Assembly: GCA_003482855.1 (NCBI GenBank)
Contig: DMXO01000004.1
Coordinates: 141,464 to 205,463, forward strand
Origin: Candidatus Magasanikiibacteriota bacterium
Lineage (GTDB): Bacteria; Patescibacteriota; Patescibacteriia; Magasanikbacterales; UBA922
DNA: 64,000 nucleotides
Direction of reading: 5' to 3'
In this document: positions 9,533 to 18,904 of the stretch, in pieces
How the letters are laid out: every line of letters begins with the position of its first letter
Numbering within the stretch: position 1 is the stretch's first letter
Position numbers and translations under genes: made by a program
Notes under the pieces: model-generated
Told to the model about the DNA's origin: nothing
The model's input: only the letters and a program-made list of their open reading frames with translations
Databases searched by the model: none

Positions 9533-11227
9533 ATGATGAATATTATAAAAAATGAAATTAAAAAATTATTGCATGATGTAGGCGTCGAAGGTGAGATTGA
9601 ATTATCAACTCCTCCACAGGTAGACATGGGTGATCTCGCGTTTGGGTGCTTTGGCATGGCAAAGAAATTGGGTAAAAATCCCGTCGAAGTTGCAAAGGAG
9701 ATAAAACAAAAATTCGAAATTCGAAATTCGAAATTCGAAATTCTCGACAGAGTCGAGGTATTTGGGCCGTACGTGAATTTTTATTTGAATGTGCAGGAAT
9801 TGGCGAAAATAGTTTTGGATAGTAAAAAGTATAAAGTAGAAAGTAAAAACAAAAGAGTAATAGTAGAGTTTGCGCACCCGAACACGCACAAAGCGTTTCA
9901 CATCGGACATTTGAGAAACATTACAACAGGCGAAACATTGGTGAGAATTTTAGAGCATGTTGGATATGAGGTCATACGAGCAAATTACCAGGGTGATGTA
10001 GGAATGCATATTGCAAAATCATTGTGGGGTATTGAACAGTTGAAAGATGAATATGAGCAAGTAAAAAATAAATCTCTTCATGAACGTATTGCATTTTTGG
10101 GTAAAGCGTATGCCCACGGCGGTCAGGCCTATGAAAATGACAAAAAGGTGGAAGAAGAGGTCAAAGATCTCAATAAAAAAATATATGAGCGAGATGTTTC
10201 AATTCAAGATGTATACAAAACTACACGTGCTTGGAGTTTGGAATATTTTGACCATATATACAAACGTGTTGGATCGCGTTTTGACAGATTTTATTTTGAG
10301 TCAGAAGTATATGAATCAGGAAAAAAAATTGTTCATGAATTTTTGGAAAAAGGCGTGTTTGAAGAAAGCCAAGGTGCTATAATTTTCCCCGGAAGCAGAT
10401 ATGGATTGCATGATCGAGTATTTATTACGAGCCAAGGATTTCCTGGTTATGAAGCAAAGGAAATGGCACTCGGCAGGCTTCAATTTGATGAATATCATCC
10501 AGATGAGATATTGCATGTAGTTGGCAAAGAACAAACAGGATATTTTCAAGTAGTGTTTAAAGCTCTTGAACAGACATTGCCAGAAAGCAAAGATAAAGAA
10601 CAACATGTGATATACGGCTGGGTACGTCTCAAAGAAGGTAAGATGAGTGCCAGAACTGGTAAAGTGGTTCTTGGGGAATGGTTGATTGATGAAGTTAAAA
10701 AGCAAATTTTGGATATGATGAGTGACAGGGAGCTGAGTAATAAAGATGAAGTTGCAGAAAAAATATCCATTGCAGCTGTTAAATACTCTTTTCTTAAGAC
10801 TGGCGTAGCCAATGACATTGCTTTCGATTTTGAGGAGTCAGTCTCAACTACAGGAGATAGTGGACCATATTTGCTTTATATTGTGGCGAGGATTAAATCC
10901 ATTCTAAGAAAACAAGAAACAAGAAACAATTTCCAAATAATTTCCAATTTCCAATTTCCAATTTCCAATATTGAAAAAAAATTACTCTTGCAGGTGGCAC
11001 GGTTTTCAGAAGTTGCTTTGCAGGCCGCTGAAAATATGGATCCTTCCAAAATCGCTCAGTATTTATTTTCGTTAGCACAGGATTTTAACAATTTTTATCA
11101 TGATTGTCCGGTGTTGCAGGCGGATGGAGATGTGAAGAGTTTCCGTCTATCTCTGATACAGACAACAGAACAGGTAATGACTAAGGGACTTTATTTACTT
11201 GGTATTGAGACTGTAGAGGAGATGTAA
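9533..11227 (+). CDS. argS: Arginine--tRNA ligase
   Basis: HIGH-type motif FAHPNTHKAFHIGHLRN, class I core, DALR-like C-terminal domain, 564 aa. Confidence 0.9.
   Translation: MMNIIKNEIKKLLHDVGVEGEIELSTPPQVDMGDLAFGCFGMAKKLGKNPVEVAKEIKQKFEIRNSKFEILDRVEVFGPYVNFYLNVQELAKIVLDSKKYKVESKNKRVIVEFAHPNTHKAFHIGHLRNITTGETLVRILEHVGYEVIRANYQGDVGMHIAKSLWGIEQLKDEYEQVKNKSLHERIAFLGKAYAHGGQAYENDKKVEEEVKDLNKKIYERDVSIQDVYKTTRAWSLEYFDHIYKRVGSRFDRFYFESEVYESGKKIVHEFLEKGVFEESQGAIIFPGSRYGLHDRVFITSQGFPGYEAKEMALGRLQFDEYHPDEILHVVGKEQTGYFQVVFKALEQTLPESKDKEQHVIYGWVRLKEGKMSARTGKVVLGEWLIDEVKKQILDMMSDRELSNKDEVAEKISIAAVKYSFLKTGVANDIAFDFEESVSTTGDSGPYLLYIVARIKSILRKQETRNNFQIISNFQFPISNIEKKLLLQVARFSEVALQAAENMDPSKIAQYLFSLAQDFNNFYHDCPVLQADGDVKSFRLSLIQTTEQVMTKGLYLLGIETVEEM
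9709..9743 (+). repeat. Tandem 7-bp repeat (gaaattc)x5 in-frame inside argS
   Basis: aaattcgaaattcgaaattcgaaattcgaaattc encodes KFEIRNSKFEIL. Confidence 0.9.
10911..10970 (+). repeat. Compound tandem repeat (aacaaga)x3 then (tttccaa)x5 in-frame inside argS
   Basis: Seen directly; encodes KQETRNNFQIISNFQFPISN. Confidence 0.9.
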
Positions 11228-11242
11228 AATATTTTTTGGTAT

Positions 11243-11752
11243 ATGTTTAAAAATTTTTTTGTTAGAAAAGGAAAAATGTCATTGCCAAGTTGGTTTTTTT
11301 TGAGTGTATTTTTATTATCATTTCTTGGCGCTATAAATGCGGTGTATTTGACGGTTGAACATTTCAAGCATGTAGAGACTGGTGCTGCTGTGGTATGTCA
11401 TGTCGAGATAATGGGGGATTGTAATCAAGTGTTGTATAGTAGATATTCAGAAATAGGCGCTGTGCCACTCGCACTGCTTGGCGTAGCATATTATCTGTTT
11501 GTATTTTCCGTAGCATTAATTCTCTATTTTAATAAAGAACGCTTGCTTTTTTCATTGTTGTCAGTTGTTACCTCATTTGGGTTTTTATTTAGTCTCTTAT
11601 TGGTATATTTGCAAATATGGGTATTGAGAGCAGTATGCCCTTATTGTATGTTTTCGGCATTAGTGTCGGTATTGCTGTTTGGTATAGACATTATATTTTT
11701 GGTAAAAAAGGAAAGTATAACAGGTAGGATAACTGAAGTTTTTCATCCATAA
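11243..11752 (+). CDS. Vitamin K epoxide reductase (VKOR) family membrane protein, putative disulfide-bond-forming oxidoreductase
   Basis: Loop cysteine pair (VVCHVEIMGDC) and CPYC redox motif inside predicted TM helix; about 4-5 TM. Confidence 0.55.
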   Translation: MFKNFFVRKGKMSLPSWFFLSVFLLSFLGAINAVYLTVEHFKHVETGAAVVCHVEIMGDCNQVLYSRYSEIGAVPLALLGVAYYLFVFSVALILYFNKERLLFSLLSVVTSFGFLFSLLLVYLQIWVLRAVCPYCMFSALVSVLLFGIDIIFLVKKESITGRITEVFHP

Positions 11753-11754
11753 TA

Positions 11755-12975
11755 TTGTATATGCACGAGCGTCTAAAAAATTTTTTTGCTGCAAAACCGG
11801 AATGTGTTATAGAATGGCACGATGATTATACCCCTGCAGTTGGTTGGCTTGTCATGAATTCTCTTCGCAATGGGGCTGCTGGTGGTGGCACTCGTATGCA
11901 CGAGGCATGTAGTTTCTCTGAAGTGGATCAATTGGCAAAGACAATGGAAATAAAATTTACCGTCTCTGGCCCAGCAATTGGTGGGGCAAAATCAGGTATT
12001 AGGTATGCATTTAAGAGCGAGAAAGATAAACAAGATGTACTTAGGCGTTGGTTTTTGTATATTCAAAAAGAGTTGAAAACGCATTATGGTACAGGTGGTG
12101 ACCAGAATGTTGATTTTAAATCAGACGTGACGCCTTTGTTGTTGGAATTGGGTATTCGGCATCCTCAAGAGGGAATTGTGCACGGGTTGTACCCTCATTT
12201 ATCTGTGTCAGAACGTGATGCCATTATTGATAATCTTCGTCAGGGTATTCTTGCACCCGTTATGTCAGATAGTTTTTTGCATAATTTGGATTTTAGAATA
12301 GCAGATTCAGCTACAGGCTACGGTGTTGTTTCTGCCATCAGTGCTTATTATGATCTACGTGGCGAGTCGTTGCAGGGCAAAAAAATTATTATAGAAGGTT
12401 TTGGAAATGTAGGTTCAGCTGCTGCATATTACGCGTGGAGAAAAGGGGCTTATATTGTTGGTGTCATTGATAAAGATTGGTATATGTTTGATGATGCTGG
12501 TATAGATATAGGTGATTTACTCAAAGCGCGCGTGTCCGGAAGAATACACACAGACGTGCCTTCTCTCAAATCGTATACAGGATCGCTTGATTTTTATCCT
12601 CATGCCGATGTGTTTGTTCCTGCTGCTACATCACATACCGTTCACCGAGATAGATTGAAATGTCTGAAGGATAGTGGCATTGCAATTATTGCTTCGGGTG
12701 CCAATAACCCCTTTATTGATAGCGAGACAGAGGAAGTGGCTGATAATCAAGTAAGTGTTATACCAGAATTTATTGTGAATTGTGGTATGGCAAGATGTTT
12801 TGCATATTTTATGCAGCCAAATGTAACTACGGGCGAAAAGGCCATTTTGCATGATATAGATGTATGTATTGAAAAGGCTGTGACAAATCTTTTTTCTCAA
12901 AATAATTCTCTATCTCATCTTACCAGTACTGCGTTTGATATTGCATTAGATGCTATAGAAAGTCCGAGCTTGTAA
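11755..12975 (+). CDS. Glu/Leu/Phe/Val dehydrogenase family protein
   Basis: GGGTRMH...GGAKSG catalytic-lysine glycine-rich region; GFGNVGSAAAYY NAD(P) Rossmann motif. Confidence 0.7.
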   Translation: MYMHERLKNFFAAKPECVIEWHDDYTPAVGWLVMNSLRNGAAGGGTRMHEACSFSEVDQLAKTMEIKFTVSGPAIGGAKSGIRYAFKSEKDKQDVLRRWFLYIQKELKTHYGTGGDQNVDFKSDVTPLLLELGIRHPQEGIVHGLYPHLSVSERDAIIDNLRQGILAPVMSDSFLHNLDFRIADSATGYGVVSAISAYYDLRGESLQGKKIIIEGFGNVGSAAAYYAWRKGAYIVGVIDKDWYMFDDAGIDIGDLLKARVSGRIHTDVPSLKSYTGSLDFYPHADVFVPAATSHTVHRDRLKCLKDSGIAIIASGANNPFIDSETEEVADNQVSVIPEFIVNCGMARCFAYFMQPNVTTGEKAILHDIDVCIEKAVTNLFSQNNSLSHLTSTAFDIALDAIESPSL

Positions 12976-12985
12976 TACACCACGT

Positions 12986-14500
12986 ATGTCTATAACAAAA
13001 AATTATTCTGCTATGCGCGCTTTGCATTCTTTTTATCATAGGAAATCAGACGTATGGCGTCACCGTGCAGAGAGACATGTCTTGCATTTATTTCATAAAG
13101 CTGCGGACGGAGTAGTTGCATACAGAGATTTTTTAGGGAAGAACGGTGTCGATCATCACAAAGTCAATGATTGGTCTGATTTTCAGCATGTCCCTGTGAT
13201 TGATAAAAAGAATTATCTGCGACAATATGAGTTGAAAGATCTGTGTTGGAATGGGTCTTTTGATAAGACACTTGTTTTTACTTCTACATCAGGTTCTACA
13301 GGCGAACCTTTTTATTTTCCTCGATCAGAAGAATTAGATTGGCAATCTTCTATTTTTCATGAAGCCTTTCTTCGGTATGGCAATACAAAGGACAAAGGTC
13401 CAACACTGATACTCGTGGCTTTTGGTATGGGAGTATGGATAGGTGGTCTTTTGACATACAAGGCGTTCGAGATGTGCGGACACAGAAGTGCATATCCAAT
13501 TTCTATATTGACACCCGGCATAAATAAGAAAGAAATTTTTAATGCACTAAAAAATGTCTCACCTTTATATAAGCAGACAATTATTGTTGGCTACCCACCT
13601 TTTGTAAAAGATGTATTAGACGAGGCATCTGCACAAGGAATTGAATTGGAAAAGATGAATGTCCGTTTTGTCTTTGCTGCTGAAACATTTACCGAAGGTT
13701 TTAGAGATTATTTGGCACGAAAAGCTCGTGTAGATAATATATATCGTGATGTTTTCCATGTGTATGGCAGTGCAGATTTGGGTACGATGGCTGTGGAGAT
13801 GCCATTGAGTATTTTGATCAAACGTCTAGCTCTCAAACATGAACATTTGTCTATTGATTTATTTCATGACATTTCCAAGGTCCCCACGTTGGCACAATTT
13901 AATCCAGAATTTACTCATTTTGATGCTGTTCAAGACGAACTCGTGCTGACAGGTAATAATGTATTACCTCTTATTCGTTATGGAATTGGAGATCGAGGTG
14001 GTGTTTTTGATTTTGATTTTGTCAAACAAAAATTTTTTGATAATGGTCTTGATCTCACTGAAGAAGCAAAGAAAGTAGGTGTACTTGATTGTCTATTTCA
14101 ATTGCCTTTTGTATATGTATATGAAAGAGTCGATTTTGCTACGACACTATATGGAATCACGATCTACCCTCAATATATCAAAGAGGCATTGCTTGATAAA
14201 GATTTTGACAATTTATTGACGGGTAAATTTGTGTTGTCTACTGAATTTGATGAGATGCATAATCAGTATCTCAAGATACACTTAGAGTTACAGAAAGGTA
14301 TTGATTCATCATGTGTCAATGACAGTATCAAACATAAAGTGCTTGAGCAGATTATTGGTTATTTATCTCTCAAGGTCTCAGAGTTTAGAGAGTTGAAGAG
14401 CCATTTGGGTGAACGGGCACATCCACAATTAAAGTTTTGGGAAGCAGAACATCCAACCTATTTTAAACCAGGGGTAAAACAAGCGTGGGTTAAAAAATAA
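12986..14500 (+). CDS. Adenylate-forming enzyme, phenylacetate-CoA ligase / GH3 / F390-synthetase-like
   Basis: TSTSGSTGEPFYFP phosphate-binding loop typical of PaaK-like/GH3 adenylating enzymes; 504 aa. Confidence 0.5.
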   Translation: MSITKNYSAMRALHSFYHRKSDVWRHRAERHVLHLFHKAADGVVAYRDFLGKNGVDHHKVNDWSDFQHVPVIDKKNYLRQYELKDLCWNGSFDKTLVFTSTSGSTGEPFYFPRSEELDWQSSIFHEAFLRYGNTKDKGPTLILVAFGMGVWIGGLLTYKAFEMCGHRSAYPISILTPGINKKEIFNALKNVSPLYKQTIIVGYPPFVKDVLDEASAQGIELEKMNVRFVFAAETFTEGFRDYLARKARVDNIYRDVFHVYGSADLGTMAVEMPLSILIKRLALKHEHLSIDLFHDISKVPTLAQFNPEFTHFDAVQDELVLTGNNVLPLIRYGIGDRGGVFDFDFVKQKFFDNGLDLTEEAKKVGVLDCLFQLPFVYVYERVDFATTLYGITIYPQYIKEALLDKDFDNLLTGKFVLSTEFDEMHNQYLKIHLELQKGIDSSCVNDSIKHKVLEQIIGYLSLKVSEFRELKSHLGERAHPQLKFWEAEHPTYFKPGVKQAWVKK

Positions 14501-14506
14501 TATAGT

Positions 14507-15646
14507 ATGGAAAAACCAATTTTGTTTGATCCAGAACAGGGGTCAATTGAAGACTTTAAAAAGACACATGGTGTCGAACAGATTTTTGATACGTTTGAGT
14601 CACAGCTCAGAGAGCTATATTTGATTCGGAACCCTCGTTTTCGTTTTAGTCCATACACAGAAGGGGAGTGGCAAGATTTTTTGCACGAGTATCTCAGTGG
14701 AGAGGTTATGGAACAAAAAGGTTTTTGGTTTTATTTCCCTTGGAATAAAAATTTTGTTCACTATTTACCAGAAGATGAACATCTTGAAGTAAGAACAGCC
14801 CGGAATAGAAATATCATTACTTCATCTGAGCAAGATATATTGTATAATTCTACATTGGCTTTTTTGGGGTTGAGCGTAGGTAGCCATGCAGTTTTGACGT
14901 TGGTGATGATGGGCATAGGCAAGAGGATATATATCGCAGATCCCGACACTATTTCAGCATCAAATCTGAACAGAATCCGCGCAGATGTTGCTGATATAGG
15001 ATTGAATAAATGTGATTTTATTTTAAGAAAAATATACCAGATAAACCCTTATTTAGAAATAATGGCGTATCGAGAGGGCGCCCATAAAGATAATCTGGTC
15101 GCGTTTTTAAATGAACCATCGCGGGCACAAATTTTGATAGAAGAAGTTGATAATCTGGAAATCAAGATACGATCTCGCTTGGCTGCACGAGCGTGTGGCA
15201 TGCCTGTTGTGATGGCTACTGACAATGGGGACAATGTCATTGTGGATGTAGAACGGTATGATATAGATAATGATTTGGAATTATTTAATGGGGCAATTGG
15301 TCCAGTTACTATTGAAGAATTTGAAAAATTTTCTCCGCATGAGTTGCCGCGTCTTGCAACCAAAATTGCTGGTCCTCGTCTGATAACAGGTAGGATGCAA
15401 GATTCTTTGCTCGAAGTAGGAAAAACTATTTATTCGTGGCCACAGATGGGCAATGCTGCAACATTGGCAGGTGTCGCTCTTTCGTATCTTGTAAAACGGA
15501 TTTTGTTGGGTGGATCTGCACCTTCGGGGAAATATGAAGTCAACCTCGATGCAATTTTTGATCCGGGATACCATACATCTTATGGTACTGAACAAAGAGA
15601 CATTCAATTAAATAATTTTTTAAAGACCATTAATTTGGATGTTTAA
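14507..15646 (+). CDS. ThiF/MoeB/HesA (E1-like) family adenylyltransferase with N-terminal extension
   Basis: GLSVGSHAVLTLVMMGIG...DPDTISASNLNRI nucleotide-binding motif. Confidence 0.7.
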   Translation: MEKPILFDPEQGSIEDFKKTHGVEQIFDTFESQLRELYLIRNPRFRFSPYTEGEWQDFLHEYLSGEVMEQKGFWFYFPWNKNFVHYLPEDEHLEVRTARNRNIITSSEQDILYNSTLAFLGLSVGSHAVLTLVMMGIGKRIYIADPDTISASNLNRIRADVADIGLNKCDFILRKIYQINPYLEIMAYREGAHKDNLVAFLNEPSRAQILIEEVDNLEIKIRSRLAARACGMPVVMATDNGDNVIVDVERYDIDNDLELFNGAIGPVTIEEFEKFSPHELPRLATKIAGPRLITGRMQDSLLEVGKTIYSWPQMGNAATLAGVALSYLVKRILLGGSAPSGKYEVNLDAIFDPGYHTSYGTEQRDIQLNNFLKTINLDV

Positions 15647-16712
15647 TTTAGCATATATGAAACAGATTATATTGGATATTTTGAAGGCAGGAGTGCGTGC
15701 CCCATCAGGAGATAATTCTCAACCATGGCGTTTCGAAATAAAAGATAATGTGATTTTCATATATAATCTACCTGAAAAAGACAACCCAATTTTTAATTAC
15801 AAACAACGAGGCTCACATATTGCGCACGGTGCTTTGATTGAAAATATCGTCATAGCCGCCACAGAAAAAGGGTATAAGGCACTAGTGGTTTTGTTTCCTC
15901 ATGGTGCAGAGTCAGATTGTGTCGCGCAAGTGACATTGGAACAAACACTCGTAGTCAAAGATCCTCTTTTTTCTTTTATTTTTACACGGGCAATTAACCG
16001 GAAGCCTTACCGCCAAGTTCTTCTTTCATCTGAACAGAAAAACAGTATTTTTGAAACCACGAAAGAAATTGGAAGTGGTCGTATCATATTGGTCGATGAT
16101 ATGAATGCAGTAAAAAAATTGGGCAAGGATTTTTCTATCAACGAAATTGTTATGTTAGAGAATAGGGATTTACATAATTATTTTTTTAGTGATGTACGGT
16201 GGACAGATGAAGAAGAGCAAAGAGAAAAGACAGGTTTATATGCAAAGACTATGGAATTGAAGCCACCGCAGTTGGCTGTGTTTAAACTGCTGAGTCACTG
16301 GAGGATAAATACATTGTTATGTAAGTTGGGAATTGCACGATTTATCGCCAAAGAAAATGCCAAGGGCTATGGAACGGGAACGATTGGTGCTATAATAATG
16401 GAGGATGAGTCACCAGAATCATATATACGCGCAGGTAGAATAATGCAACGCGTGTGGTTGAAGGCAGCACAAATGCATTTTGGGTTTCACCCTATTACGG
16501 GAGTTGTATATATGATGATGCGTATTCGGGATAATAGAAATGAAGTTTTATCTGATGTACATGTGAATTTATTGCGTAAAGCGTATCACGATATAGAAGC
16601 ACAATTAGGTATCACATCAGGTGAACTTACTATTACATTTAGAATTGGTGATGGGGGCGAACCAAGTGGCTACTCTTCACGATTGGAACCCCGTGTTGAA
16701 TATATAACATAA
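15639..16712 (+). CDS. Nitroreductase-family (SagB/McbC-like, two-lobed) oxidoreductase
   Basis: RAPSGDNSQPWRFEI N-terminal nitroreductase signature; 357 aa suggests duplicated fold; overlaps upstream gene by 8 bp. Confidence 0.6.
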   Translation: MFNLAYMKQIILDILKAGVRAPSGDNSQPWRFEIKDNVIFIYNLPEKDNPIFNYKQRGSHIAHGALIENIVIAATEKGYKALVVLFPHGAESDCVAQVTLEQTLVVKDPLFSFIFTRAINRKPYRQVLLSSEQKNSIFETTKEIGSGRIILVDDMNAVKKLGKDFSINEIVMLENRDLHNYFFSDVRWTDEEEQREKTGLYAKTMELKPPQLAVFKLLSHWRINTLLCKLGIARFIAKENAKGYGTGTIGAIIMEDESPESYIRAGRIMQRVWLKAAQMHFGFHPITGVVYMMMRIRDNRNEVLSDVHVNLLRKAYHDIEAQLGITSGELTITFRIGDGGEPSGYSSRLEPRVEYIT

Positions 16713-16726
16713 GTATATATTAAGGT

Positions 16727-18358
16727 ATGGATTTATTTACCAATCTCGATTTATTTTCAGTAGGCATTACGACAGCAGCGATAGGCATTTTGGCCTTTGC
16801 TGTTTTTTTTAATGACCACAAAAGTACTACCAACCAAGCTTTTTTGTTTTTTGCTCTCATTACAGTTATGTGGGGATGGGTCAACTATGCAAGCTATCAG
16901 GTATATTCTCCATTCATGACATTGTGGTTGAATCGTTTGGCTATCTTTTTTGCGACATGGCATGCATTTGGTATTTTTCAATTTTTTTATGTGTATCCCC
17001 AAGAAGCATACCAGTTTAATAAATTGTATAAATTTGTGTTAGTGCCTCTTGCGTCTGTGACATCATGCATTGTCCTGACTCCTTTAGCCTTGGGAGAAGT
17101 GACCAAGTACATGGCCGACGGTCGTGCCGAAGAAATATCCAATGGTCCCGGAATGGCTTTGTTTGGGGCGACAGTATTTGGTTTTATCATTGCGGCTATA
17201 GTTATTCTTTTTCGAAAGATTTGGAAGGCAGATGCACACCAGAAAATACAGTTGCGTCTCATCTTAATTGGCACTATCTTCACGTTTGCTTTACTCCTAA
17301 CTTTTAATTTTGTTTTACCAGCAGTATTTGGGTTGCCTCGATTTATTCCGTTGGGGATGGTATGGATTTTACCTTTTATCTTTCTTAGTTCATATGCGAT
17401 TATTAGACATGGACTGTTAAATACACGAGTGATTGGGACTGAATTGTTGACTTTTGCGTTACTTATTGTTTCTTTTATCGAGGTAGCTATTACCAAAGAC
17501 ATTGTTAGTTTATTTTTTAGGATAGGGGTGTTTGTCTTGATATTTTTCTTTAGTATACTTTTAATTAGGGGTGTTCGTAATGAAGTAAAACAACGTGAAC
17601 AGCTTGGTCAGTTAGCCCACTCACTTGAGAAAGCAAATTTACGCCTCAAAGAACTTGACCAACAAAAGACAGAATTTCTCTCTATTGCATCTCATCAACT
17701 TCGTACCCCACTTTCTATTATCAAGGGATATATTGAACTTATCGAAGACGGTGCGTATGGCAAGGCGACGAAAAAAATGAAAGACGTACTCCACGACATG
17801 GATGAAAGTAATGAGCGTCTAGTTAAATTGGTTGATGAATTTTTGGATATTACGCGTATAGAGCAAGGGAGAACTAAGTTTGTGTTTGAAAACTATAAGA
17901 TTAATGATCTTATCTCTGATGTGGTGAAAGAATTGCACCAAAGAGCTGAGGGTAAAGGGTTGAAAATTATGTGGGAACCAAATGCAGATATCGCGGATGT
18001 TTGTATGGATGAAGAAAAAGTTCGTCATGTAGTATTCAATTTTATTGATAATGCTATCAAATATAGTGATAAGGGAATTATCAAAGTTCTGGTTGAAAGA
18101 GAAGATGGCGGAATCACGGTACGTGTAAAAGACCGTGGTTTTGGGTTTAACCCTATTGATCAGGCAAATTTTTTCCAGAAATTTTATCGTGGTGAAAATG
18201 TAAAAGGTACTAATGTCAATGGTACAGGACTTGGTATTTATGTGTGTCGTAAATTCATCGAATCACATGAAGGTCATGTCTGGGCTCATAGTGAAGGACT
18301 TGGCAAGGGGAGTGAATTTGGTTTTTGGATACCAGGCAAGAAGCCGGCGACTTCCTAA
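16727..18358 (+). CDS. Sensor histidine kinase with polytopic N-terminal membrane domain
   Basis: About 7 TM helices, coiled-coil, H-box SHQLRTPL, HATPase_c G-boxes (GTGLGIYVCRKF). Confidence 0.85.
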   Translation: MDLFTNLDLFSVGITTAAIGILAFAVFFNDHKSTTNQAFLFFALITVMWGWVNYASYQVYSPFMTLWLNRLAIFFATWHAFGIFQFFYVYPQEAYQFNKLYKFVLVPLASVTSCIVLTPLALGEVTKYMADGRAEEISNGPGMALFGATVFGFIIAAIVILFRKIWKADAHQKIQLRLILIGTIFTFALLLTFNFVLPAVFGLPRFIPLGMVWILPFIFLSSYAIIRHGLLNTRVIGTELLTFALLIVSFIEVAITKDIVSLFFRIGVFVLIFFFSILLIRGVRNEVKQREQLGQLAHSLEKANLRLKELDQQKTEFLSIASHQLRTPLSIIKGYIELIEDGAYGKATKKMKDVLHDMDESNERLVKLVDEFLDITRIEQGRTKFVFENYKINDLISDVVKELHQRAEGKGLKIMWEPNADIADVCMDEEKVRHVVFNFIDNAIKYSDKGIIKVLVEREDGGITVRVKDRGFGFNPIDQANFFQKFYRGENVKGTNVNGTGLGIYVCRKFIESHEGHVWAHSEGLGKGSEFGFWIPGKKPATS

Positions 18359-18433
18359 GAACACTTGCTTTATCTCACAAATTTGCTAAAATAATCAAAC
18401 CATTTTAACATATATAATCTTAATATATACCTT

Positions 18434-18904
18434 ATGTTTAAACCAAATACAGAAGAATCATACACACCTTCATACAATCATTCTACCCAGCCTGACGAAG
18501 TAGAGACTGTAGTTGGTCCATCAGTGGTTGTTGAAGGAGATTTCGCATCTGAGGGAAATATATTGGTAAAAGGTACTGTATCGGGCAATGTACAGACAGG
18601 CAAATTATTGACTGTTGAGCGTGGAGCAAAAATACTTGCGAATGTAAAAGCAGGGAACGCTATTATCTCTGGTTCAGTGCGTGGTAATGTACGGGTGGAG
18701 GAACGTCTAGAGCTTACTGAAAGTGCGCAGGTAGATGGTGATGTGGTGTGTAAAATACTTGTTGTTGCTGCGGGAGCTCTGTTGCAGGGCAAAGTCAGTA
18801 TGAAGGGTATTGAAATACAAGAGTTGCATCCTGATAGAAAAAAATTATCTTCTCGTAATAAATTCAAACTTGCTTCTGATGTAGAAAGTGAAGAAAATCA
18901 ATAA
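18434..18904 (+). CDS. Bactofilin family cytoskeletal protein
   Basis: Repeating G-x-V-x-G beta-helix pattern (VKGTVSGNVQTGKLLTVERGAKILANVKAGNAIISGSVRGNVRV). Confidence 0.7.
   Translation: MFKPNTEESYTPSYNHSTQPDEVETVVGPSVVVEGDFASEGNILVKGTVSGNVQTGKLLTVERGAKILANVKAGNAIISGSVRGNVRVEERLELTESAQVDGDVVCKILVVAAGALLQGKVSMKGIEIQELHPDRKKLSSRNKFKLASDVESEENQ

Noticed and set aside
9709-10970. CRISPR array
   Set aside because: Repeat units are 7-8 bp and contiguous with no spacers, lie inside a coding sequence in-frame, and no cas genes are present anywhere in the window.
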